Source: an uncultured Clostridia bacterium (GTDB taxonomy: Bacteria; Bacillota; Clostridia; Christensenellales; Borkfalkiaceae). From it: DNA of 64,000 nucleotides. Position 1 is the stretch's first letter, and each line of letters opens with the position of its first letter. A model generated the notes under the pieces. The model saw nothing but the letters and a program-made list of their open reading frames with translations, made no database searches and was not told the DNA's origin. Both the position numbers and the translations under genes were made by a program. Positions 18,064 to 24,748 of the stretch are shown one piece after another. The DNA lies in assembly GCA_947631925.1 (NCBI GenBank), contig CANRNE010000008.1, forward strand, positions 3,683-67,682, read 5' to 3'.

Positions 18064-18495
18064 TTACTCGCCCAGGTCGGCCAGCATCTGCTTCAGCTCG
18101 TCCACGGACTTGCTGTTGATGTCGCGGGCCTCGGCTTCGGCCAGAGCCTGCTTGATGGTCTCGCGCTGCTGACGGCGACGGGCCTGCTCGGTAGCCTTGG
18201 CCATCTGGTCCTGGCGATAGGCGATGACCAGCTTGACGATCTCCAGCTTGTTGACCAGATCGTCGGTGGCCGGGTTCTTCTGAGCCACGAAGGACTCCTC
18301 GCCCATTGCCTTCAGCTGGGTGTTGATGGCACGAGCCACGTCGTCCAGGTTGGGCTTGACATAGCGGAGACCGGTCGGCTGAACCAACGGCAGCTGGTAC
18401 AGGTCTTCGATGGTCAGATCACCAACGACGGATGGGAAGCGGTACTTCTTGATGGCTGCAATCTGCAGCAGGTTGATTTCGGACACAGGAATCAC
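18064..18495 (-). CDS. Hypothetical acidic coiled-coil protein, 143 aa
   Basis: Track ORF with an ATGA overlap to the 681-aa gene. Confidence 0.7.
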   Translation of the reverse strand: MIPVSEINLLQIAAIKKYRFPSVVGDLTIEDLYQLPLVQPTGLRYVKPNLDDVARAINTQLKAMGEESFVAQKNPATDDLVNKLEIVKLVIAYRQDQMAKATEQARRRQQRETIKQALAEAEARDINSKSVDELKQMLADLGE

Positions 18496-20537
18496 TCCTT
18501 GTTGGTGACGTTGAAGATGTGCGGACGACCATCCATCTGCACGCGGAAGGTGAACTCACCGGCCATGGTGGAGCTGATGCCCACACCTGCCAGCTGTTCA
18601 TTGTCGTTGGCCAGGATCATGGTCTTGTCAGCGATGAGGTCAAACACCTTGCGGTGTTCGTTGAGTTCCGGCTTCAGGAACTCGTTGTAGATACCACGGA
18701 CATTGTCCGGGCACTTCGCATCCTTCAGGATGAAGAAGGTGTGCTTGTTCCCGGTCTCGCCTTCCCAGTGGTTCGGCGACAGCGTGACCACGCTAACCTC
18801 GTTGAACTGCTCGGTGTTCACATCCCAGAACTGGCCCGGGGTGCTGACGCCCTTGCTGACGGTCAGGCCGGCACAGGCACCGGGGACATCAACCACTTCG
18901 CCGTTCTGGATCTTGAATACCAACGTGGCACTCTGGTTGGTGACACTGCTGACGGTACGCACGACGCTGTTCTCGATGACCACCTGCAAGGTCCAGCCTT
19001 GTGAAGACTGATTGCGGGTAGAGAAGCGGTTGACCCCCACCTCGTACTCGCCGTCGATCAACTTGGTCAGGTAGATGTTTTCGACCGGATCGGTACTGTT
19101 GGTAATGCCACCAGCATTCATGTCCACGTCCAACCTGGCGTGATTGCTCATGCGATTGCCGAAGTAGACCACCTGGGTAACCCCTGGAGCGCGACGCAGA
19201 TGCAGATCCATGTCATCGCCATTGGCCCAGCCCAGCGAGAAACGCAGGGCAGCATCAGTGACGCCACCAGCAGCCTTGACACGTTGAGTCAGGGCATCGG
19301 TGACATTGCCAGCGTAGGTCCAACCAACGGAACCAGCCCAACGGAACAGGTCCGGGGCGTTGTTGTCTTCCGGTGCGGTCATCACCATGAAGGAGTTCTT
19401 CATGGAGTTGGGCACCAGCAGCTCGACCTTCTCGGCGTTGGGCAGTACCTGCTCGATGAACTCGGACAGCAGCAGCTTCTTGCCTTCGGTAATGCCCTTG
19501 GCCTTGGCCGGCTTCTTGGTGCTCTTCAGCAGGGCGTCGGTCAGAGGGTCCTGGTTCAACTTCTTGGAGGCCGAACGATCAACCCACAGGACGTTGTTGA
19601 CATTCAGATCGCCCAGTACGGCATGACGACGATCCAGTGCCGAACGCAGGCCGAGTTGCTCGATCTGGCCCATGGCGTTCTGCACCATCTTCGGGGTAAC
19701 CACGGCAGCAGTGCGACGGTAGTTCTGCGGGGCAACCTTGGCCTCGTACATACGAACGGCTTCGGTCAGGTCCACGCCGTCGATCAGGTCGAAGACCAGC
19801 GAGCCAATGGAGCTGTTCTTGAAGGTAACAGCCGGGTGCGTGGCATTGAGCCAGAGGTAGTTGATCACCTTCGGGTAGGCTTCCAGCTGTTCCACCTTGG
19901 CCAGCAGCTCACGCACCTTGCGGATCACCGGAGCAAACTCGGAGCCACGGTAGATGCTGTTTGAGGCGATCAGATCTTCCACTTGGCTCAAGGCGTCCAG
20001 GCCGTTCTGGGTCACCAGTGCATCGACGGTACGACGCAGCACATCGACGCCGGTGTTCCACGCACCACGACGGGTGTCGTCCCGTGCCAGCCACCCGTCA
20101 GGGGTGTTGACCATGAAGTGGGTGAAATGGATGCCGGTGTCATCCACGTTCGGCTTGTGGCCGAACATGCGTTCACGGGTGGTGAACAGGGTCTTGATCG
20201 GCAGCTCGGCGACCTTCTGGGCCATGGCGTCAGCCACGACGTAGTACGGGAACGGCAGGCCGGAGGTGATGGCAGCATCCCAGATCGAGACACGACGGCC
20301 ATCGGCAGCCACAGTCACCAGACCGCCGAGCTGACGAATGAAATTGCGGTCGTAGGAGCCATCATGCTCGGTACGGACACGGAAGATCGGGTTGGTACCT
20401 TCCGGGAAGGAGGCCAGATAGTGCTGCCACAGCTCATCGCCCAGACCATCGCCGGGGATGGTGACAGAAAAGACCCGCTCGGGGAAGGAAGACACAGCAG
20501 CTGCAACTGCAGCAGCAAAACTCTTGAACTCGGACAT
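18492..20537 (-). CDS. Large conserved-looking hypothetical protein, 681 aa
   Basis: I set the start at the ATG at 20537 (MSEFKSFAAAV), downstream of the terminator at 20565..20582. The C-terminal half is beta-rich and carries the acidic motif GDDMDLHL...LDVDMNAG...PVENIYL. Confidence 0.8.
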   Translation of the reverse strand: MSEFKSFAAAVAAAVSSFPERVFSVTIPGDGLGDELWQHYLASFPEGTNPIFRVRTEHDGSYDRNFIRQLGGLVTVAADGRRVSIWDAAITSGLPFPYYVVADAMAQKVAELPIKTLFTTRERMFGHKPNVDDTGIHFTHFMVNTPDGWLARDDTRRGAWNTGVDVLRRTVDALVTQNGLDALSQVEDLIASNSIYRGSEFAPVIRKVRELLAKVEQLEAYPKVINYLWLNATHPAVTFKNSSIGSLVFDLIDGVDLTEAVRMYEAKVAPQNYRRTAAVVTPKMVQNAMGQIEQLGLRSALDRRHAVLGDLNVNNVLWVDRSASKKLNQDPLTDALLKSTKKPAKAKGITEGKKLLLSEFIEQVLPNAEKVELLVPNSMKNSFMVMTAPEDNNAPDLFRWAGSVGWTYAGNVTDALTQRVKAAGGVTDAALRFSLGWANGDDMDLHLRRAPGVTQVVYFGNRMSNHARLDVDMNAGGITNSTDPVENIYLTKLIDGEYEVGVNRFSTRNQSSQGWTLQVVIENSVVRTVSSVTNQSATLVFKIQNGEVVDVPGACAGLTVSKGVSTPGQFWDVNTEQFNEVSVVTLSPNHWEGETGNKHTFFILKDAKCPDNVRGIYNEFLKPELNEHRKVFDLIADKTMILANDNEQLAGVGISSTMAGEFTFRVQMDGRPHIFNVTNKE

Positions 20538-20560
20538 TGGACACCTATACAGGGAATGAG

Positions 20561-20582
20561 AAAAGGCCCCCTTACGGAAGCC
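20561..20582 (-). terminator. Terminator ending the tRNA array
   Basis: On the minus-strand RNA: GGCUUCC-guaa-GGGGGCC (two G-U pairs) followed by UUUUCUCAUU. Confidence 0.6.
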
Positions 20583-20615
20583 TTGGATGGGTACTACAGG
20601 GTGTTGCAGAAAAGA

Positions 20616-20693
20616 TTCGGAACAGGCGTCTCGCCTAGTGCAGAGGCTCATGAGTTCCCTGCTGAGTTCGGGCTCAGTGCCGCCTGTTCCGAA
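20616..20693 (-). repeat. 13-bp inverted repeat (TTCGGAACAGGCG / CGCCTGTTCCGAA) enclosing a nested CTGAG/CTCAG hairpin
   Basis: Read directly. The right arm ends 3 nt from the 3' CCA of tRNA-Gln. Confidence 0.8.
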
Positions 20694-20695
20694 AT

Positions 20696-20771
20696 TGGTG
20701 GGGGCAGTTGGATTCGAACCAACGACCTACGGGATCAAAACCCGTTGCTCTTCCGACTGAGCTATGCCCCT
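20696..20771 (-). tRNA. tRNA-Gln (anticodon UUG), CCA encoded
   Basis: Manual cloverleaf: D arm GCTC/GAGC; anticodon arm ACGGG-TTTTGAT-CCCGT; T arm GTTGG-TTCGAAT-CCAAC. There is an A1-C72 mismatch at the top of the acceptor stem. Confidence 0.85.
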
Positions 20772-21025
20772 AAATATGAGGGTGCCTGACGCACTGTAGC
20801 GGCTTCGGCGTATCGCTGGGGGACACACAAGGCACCGAGGGGAGAACGGCACCAGTGTTGGATTTGCAGCAGCATGGGGCCTCCCTCATTCCCCAACATT
20901 TCGACCGTTCGATAAACTGGCCAGCGGTTTAGAGGTACGTCCCTTGGGTCATCTGGCACGGAGCTACCGGCACTCTCACAGCCTTGCGGACTGTGCATCA
21001 AACTTGCGGACACTGCTGCAAAACT

Positions 21026-21102
21026 TGGTCCGAGATGCAGGATTCGAACCTGCGACCCTCTGCTCCCAAAGCAGATGCGCTACCAGACTGCGCTAATCTC
21101 GG
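21026..21102 (-). tRNA. tRNA-Pro (anticodon UGG), CCA encoded
   Basis: Acceptor CCGAGAT/ATCTCGG; D arm GCGC/GCGC; anticodon arm TCTGC-TTTGGGA-GCAGA; T arm GCAGG-TTCGAAT-CCTGC. Confidence 0.9.
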
Positions 21103-21119
21103 ATGAAATCTTCTTGTGT

Positions 21120-21199
21120 GTGGCCACCAGAGGGATCGAACCTCTGCCGCCAAACCCGACTCACATTCGGGTCCGACCTTTGCCACCGAGAGTGGCCAC
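21120..21199 (-). tRNA. Atypical tRNA-like gene, best read as tRNA-His (anticodon GUG)
   Basis: Anticodon arm CCCGA-ATGTGAG-TCGGG; canonical T loop TTCGATC. The best fold gives G-1:C73, but it needs a D stem TCGG/TCGG (two G-U pairs), an 8-9 nt variable region and a 6-bp T stem. CCA is not encoded. Confidence 0.5.
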
Positions 21200-21230
21200 A
21201 GACAAAAAGACTCAAAAGCCTCCTACGACT

Positions 21231-21455
21231 TTAATCATGTGCAATGGCTTTCAATTCGTCCATAGCAGCGTGAAGGAGACCTACTGCTGTCACAGTCCGC
21301 ATTTGCAGCCCGTAAAACTCAACAGAGAATGGTTCATCCAGAACCACGATGGCATTCACATTACCAACGGCTTCAACACGATCTGCCAGAGCGCGTAGTG
21401 AGTCTGCCACTGACTTTGACGGAGCACCCTTAGGAACCAAGGTAACTATGCTCAT
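21231..21455 (-). CDS. Small hypothetical protein embedded in the tRNA array, 74 aa
   Basis: I set the start at MSIVTLVPKG, with GGAG upstream. The track's longer 111-aa version begins inside tRNA-Ser (MAERLKAPVLKTGE is translated tRNA). Local GC is lower than the surroundings. Confidence 0.5.
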   Translation of the reverse strand: MSIVTLVPKGAPSKSVADSLRALADRVEAVGNVNAIVVLDEPFSVEFYGLQMRTVTAVGLLHAAMDELKAIAHD

Positions 21456-21482
21456 TGCTCCCAGCTCCTGCAAGTTAATTGA

Positions 21483-21572
21483 TGGAGGATAGAGTGGGAT
21501 TCGAACCCACGGAAGGTTTGACCCTTCGCCGGTTTTCAAGACCGGAGCTTTCAACCGCTCAGCCATCTATCC
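21483..21572 (-). tRNA. tRNA-Ser (anticodon UGA), class II, CCA encoded
   Basis: Acceptor GGATAGA/TCTATCC; anticodon arm CCGGT-CTTGAAA-ACCGG; long variable arm GAAGG..CCTTC; T arm GTGGG-TTCGAAT-CCCAC. Confidence 0.9.
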
Positions 21573-21580
21573 TTTGGATC

Positions 21581-21666
21581 TGGTGGATGGTCCAGGTAAC
21601 GCTCCTGGCTGGGAATCTACCGGCAGATTTACAGTCTGCCCCCGCTCTTTACGGGACTACCCATCC
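21581..21666 (-). tRNA. tRNA-Tyr-like (anticodon GUA) with a non-canonical T loop
   Basis: Anticodon arm GCAGA-CTGTAAA-TCTGC; acceptor GGATGG(G)/(A)CCATCC plus ACCA. The T arm is CCAGG-AGCGTTA-CCTGG and lacks the TTCRA consensus. The variable region is poorly paired. Confidence 0.6.
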
Positions 21667-21671
21667 TAATT

Positions 21672-21747
21672 TGGTGCTGGCCATAGGATTCGAACCTATG
21701 ACCTACTGCTTACAAGGCAGTTGCTCTACCAACTGAGCTAGGCCAGC
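21672..21747 (-). tRNA. tRNA-Thr (anticodon UGU), CCA encoded
   Basis: Fully canonical cloverleaf: GCTGGCC/GGCCAGC, GCTC/GAGC, ACTGC-CTTGTAA-GCAGT, ATAGG-TTCGAAT-CCTAT. Confidence 0.95.
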
Positions 21748-21787
21748 GTAGCTCCCCGTATCGCCGGGGACACGCGGGGTTAGAAGC

Positions 21788-21852
21788 ATCGGTCAGCTTG
21801 CTGACTTTCAGGTGTTAGAGCTGGCCGCGTGGGCATCAGCAAGCTGACCGAT
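21788..21852. repeat. 17-bp perfect inverted repeat (ATCGGTCAGCTTGCTGA / TCAGCAAGCTGACCGAT) with a 31-nt loop
   Basis: Read directly. It lies in the ~530 nt ORF-poor leader upstream (minus sense) of tRNA-Thr. Confidence 0.85.
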
Positions 21853-22100
21853 ACATCCAAACAACAAAAGTAAGGGGTGCAGTGGTCGAGCCTCTCCATG
21901 CTTGATGGAAACTTCGAGATGTCCCCAAATCCTGCAAGCATTCAGGATTGGAGAGACTCGATCACTGCACCCCACACAACAAAAGTCCGGGGACCCGTTA
22001 CCTGTTTCCAGGCGCGCTCTCACAACAGCACGGGCCAACACTGTCCGCGTTCCTTCCCCTGCTGAGTAATTCCGGTCCTCAACAGGCATGTGCTTTTCAG

Positions 22101-22126
22101 AAAAGTGAGCTTACACTCACTTTTTT
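22101..22126. terminator. Hairpin AAAAGTGAG-cttaca-CTCACTTTT with T-runs, usable on either strand
   Basis: Read directly. It lies about 160 nt downstream (minus sense) of the stop at 22284. Confidence 0.5.
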
Positions 22127-22283
22127 ACTTTTTCCAGCCACTTTTTGTTCATTACGTAGCTTTTGTCGGGACGTGGGGCACTTCGTTGAAAAGTTCCCGG
22201 ATTCCATACCGCCCATGGGTGCTTCTTGGACGGCTTACGTTTCTTGTTTTCCAAAGTACATCAATCCCCATAAAACCAAAGGT

Positions 22284-22724
22284 TTATTGTCCCTGAAACA
22301 GAACCCGCTTGCCGTAGATACCTTCCAGCATGACCAGCGCCAGATCAGCCTTGGACAGACGATCCGTAATCTGAACCACTGGGATTCCGTGGCTCCAACG
22401 AAGGCCGATCTCGACACCGTGCAGATCCAGCAAGGTGTTCATGCGCTTGGTGATCTCGCCCGGTTCCTGCGGCTGTGGGTAGCGCCCACCTTGCAGGAGG
22501 ATTTGGGCCACTTCATGGTTTCCGTCTTCCTTGTGGAAGTACAGGGTTGCGAGGCTGACCATCTCAGTATCAGGCTTGCCCCAGAAGATGCCGATCTTCG
22601 CTTCTTGGCTCAGGAGCATCTTCTCCAGATCGTCGAGGAACAACGAGCCTGCTGCCCAGATGCCTGCACGAGCCACAGCACCCTTTTCAGAGGTGAGCTT
22701 GTGGCTCTTGTAAGACGACTTCAA
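22284..22724 (-). CDS. Hypothetical protein, up to 146 aa (start uncertain: TTG at 22724 or ATG at 22619)
   Basis: Track ORF. Third-position GC bias extends up to the TTG start. The internal ATG has GGAG 4 nt upstream. Confidence 0.65.
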   Translation of the reverse strand: MKSSYKSHKLTSEKGAVARAGIWAAGSLFLDDLEKMLLSQEAKIGIFWGKPDTEMVSLATLYFHKEDGNHEVAQILLQGGRYPQPQEPGEITKRMNTLLDLHGVEIGLRWSHGIPVVQITDRLSKADLALVMLEGIYGKRVLFQGQ

Positions 22725-22801
22725 GGTCTTGGCTTGGGTACGACGGATGGCTGCGATCTTTTAGGCCTTGCCCCGTAGCAAGGCTGCTGGTGTACGACCT
22801 T

Positions 22802-22972
22802 TCATACTTTGCTCGCCGATTGTTTCTTTCGAATGATGGCCTTGCGCAAGCGTTGCGCAGTCCGTTGAAGTTCGGCAGTGGTCCGTTGGGACGCATCTGC
22901 CTTTGCTTGGTACTCCCTCTCCAACTTCTTGAGTTGTTCAAGAGTGAGGCTGTTGATTTGCTTCAGGTCCAT
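22802..22972 (-). CDS. Small coiled-coil protein, 56 aa (below the track cutoff)
   Basis: My translation: MDLKQINSLTLEQLKKLEREYQAKADASQRTTAELQRTAQRLRKAIIRKKQSASKV. The start makes a TGATG overlap with the dCTP deaminase stop. Confidence 0.5.
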   Translation of the reverse strand: MDLKQINSLTLEQLKKLEREYQAKADASQRTTAELQRTAQRLRKAIIRKKQSASKV

Positions 22973-23430
22973 CAATATTTCGCAGGCACAGGGCTATCTT
23001 CTTGGTTCTGGTACTTGCCGTCGTACTCGGCTTCTTGTTCCAAGGTCTCGAAGATGACCTGACAGATGCCTACGCCAGCAGGGATGTAGATGGGCCACCA
23101 CTTCTTGTAGCTGATCTCGATAGTGAGCCAACCACACCAACCGGGTTCGATGTTGGTGGTCATGGAGGCATCAATGCCCCTACGTGCCCAGGTGCTCTTG
23201 TTGAGCACCCGACCCATCAGATGCTTGGGCAGATTGAAATACTCCATGCTGGAGCCCAGACGGAAGCGCCGACCCAAGAAGAGCCACATGCCCTTCTTGA
23301 GACGGATGTCATAACCGCACTCGGTCAGCCCGTAAGAGACGCCGTTCGGGTCATCGTTGTGCCGCTTCTTGTAGGTCAGCATGTTGGTGATGGGAGCGTC
23401 CCGAAGGAGTGCTTTACCGTTGCGGATCAT
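22972..23430 (-). CDS. dCTP deaminase / dUTPase-superfamily enzyme, 152 aa
   Basis: Motifs GYDIRL, IEPGWCGWLTIEISY and GICQVIFE. I set the start at the ATG at 23430, which makes an ATGA overlap with the upstream stop. Confidence 0.8.
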   Translation of the reverse strand: MIRNGKALLRDAPITNMLTYKKRHNDDPNGVSYGLTECGYDIRLKKGMWLFLGRRFRLGSSMEYFNLPKHLMGRVLNKSTWARRGIDASMTTNIEPGWCGWLTIEISYKKWWPIYIPAGVGICQVIFETLEQEAEYDGKYQNQEDSPVPAKY

Positions 23431-23771
23431 TCCTCGGTTCCTTTGTTCTTGCTGGTCTGTTCGTCCACCCATTGGCGGGCAGCCGTCTTGGCCACGCTCA
23501 CAAGGCCAGATACGGTGGCGTAGTCGCCCAGTGCAGTGAAGCTCATGGCTATGGGGACTACTGGGCCAACTTGGTGCCAAAGCTTCAGTGGGATGTCGTT
23601 GAAGTGGGGATCAGTGCTGGCCAGCAGTGCATCGGCACCGATCATCCGGACCACGCAGGCGATGGTGGATCCATTAACCAGTTGAGCGTAATACTGCCGG
23701 TGCAGCGCCGCTGCCGTACTTCGGTCAGCACCTGGCAGTACGCTCATGTACTGACTCCGGGACATAGTCAT
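23427..23771 (-). CDS. Hypothetical protein, 114 aa
   Basis: Track ORF, tightly packed with its neighbours. Confidence 0.65.
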   Translation of the reverse strand: MTMSRSQYMSVLPGADRSTAAALHRQYYAQLVNGSTIACVVRMIGADALLASTDPHFNDIPLKLWHQVGPVVPIAMSFTALGDYATVSGLVSVAKTAARQWVDEQTSKNKGTEE

Positions 23772-23772
23772 G

Positions 23773-24459
23773 TCAGGTTTCCTCGCGCTTGTTGGGCTGC
23801 TCGTCGATCAGGGCCAGCAGACGATCGGCTTCGGCCACATCCGCCGCGTACTTCTCCTGCGACTTCATGAAGTGCATGGGCATCGACTCAACGTCTACAC
23901 CCAGTTCTGCCAGGGCCTTGAACCGCATGACGGCCTTGCGGAACTGCTCCAGGTCGATGGCCGGGGCCGGTTGTGGTGCGGCATACAAGAGAGTTCCCGC
24001 CCGGAGATGGACCGCGCCATCAAGTTTCTTGATGCCGTAAGGGTAGGCGGAGTACGCAGTATCCTGGTCTACCACGACGGCCACTGGTGCGTCGAGTTTC
24101 GCCAACCTCATCCCCGCCTCGTAGCCGATGTGCAAGTCATTGCCGGGCTGGAATGTCAGTGAGGTAAGGTGTTTCTTGATCCGCTTCATGGCCTTGAACG
24201 GGCCGCACCTGTTAGCGTCCCAGTCGGCAACGATGTCTGCAATTTGCTCGCCTCCCTTGGCTTCGGTAACAGGCCGCATCACCGGCACGCGCCAGTCGTA
24301 GCCAGCGGGCATGGGGATGTTCGACCAGCTCCAGTCCGATTTCCACACGCCCTGGTCTGCCCATTGGCCGTAAAACCGGCCGTCTCCATCCTCGTTCCAG
24401 CAATGCCGATCCGCCCACTTCGGCCACTGGTCTGCAGGGATCATGTTGTGATCAGTCAT
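23773..24459 (-). CDS. Hypothetical Trp-rich protein, 228 aa
   Basis: Track ORF with an ATGA-type overlap upstream. Confidence 0.7.
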   Translation of the reverse strand: MTDHNMIPADQWPKWADRHCWNEDGDGRFYGQWADQGVWKSDWSWSNIPMPAGYDWRVPVMRPVTEAKGGEQIADIVADWDANRCGPFKAMKRIKKHLTSLTFQPGNDLHIGYEAGMRLAKLDAPVAVVVDQDTAYSAYPYGIKKLDGAVHLRAGTLLYAAPQPAPAIDLEQFRKAVMRFKALAELGVDVESMPMHFMKSQEKYAADVAEADRLLALIDEQPNKREET

Positions 24460-24746
24460 CGCTTGTTTTTCCTTTTACCGCCCTTGTACTTAACGTGCAG
24501 GGGAATCTGGGAAGCCGGCTTCCGGACCAACACAGCCGGGGTTTCTTCAAACACGGCGGTTTGCTCAGCAACTTCTGCACGACGTTCGTCGATCACCTTC
24601 TGGAGGCGTTCCCGTTCCTCGATTGGCAAATCATTGACCCAGACGGGTGGTTCGGGATCCAGGTGTTCTTCGATCACCAGTTCCTTGGGGGCAGCGAACC
24701 AGCTGGCAATCCAGCTGGTCAGACGGTTGTAGAGATTCTTGTGCAT
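24456..24746 (-). CDS. Hypothetical protein, 96 aa
   Basis: Track ORF. Confidence 0.65.
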   Translation of the reverse strand: MHKNLYNRLTSWIASWFAAPKELVIEEHLDPEPPVWVNDLPIEERERLQKVIDERRAEVAEQTAVFEETPAVLVRKPASQIPLHVKYKGGKRKNKR

Positions 24747-24748
24747 GC

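Noticed and set aside
20762-21013. 83-aa minus-strand ORF in the tRNA spacer
   Set aside because: Its start lies next to tRNA-Pro and its end runs into tRNA-Gln. The composition is not protein-like and there is no ribosome-binding site. I treat it as structured non-coding RNA instead.
21456-21566. N-terminal extension of the 111-aa ORF 21231..21566 (MAERLKAPVLKTGEGSNLPWVRIPLYPP...)
   Set aside because: These codons are the translation of tRNA-Ser (21483..21572). Only the part from MSIVTLV (21455) can be a gene.
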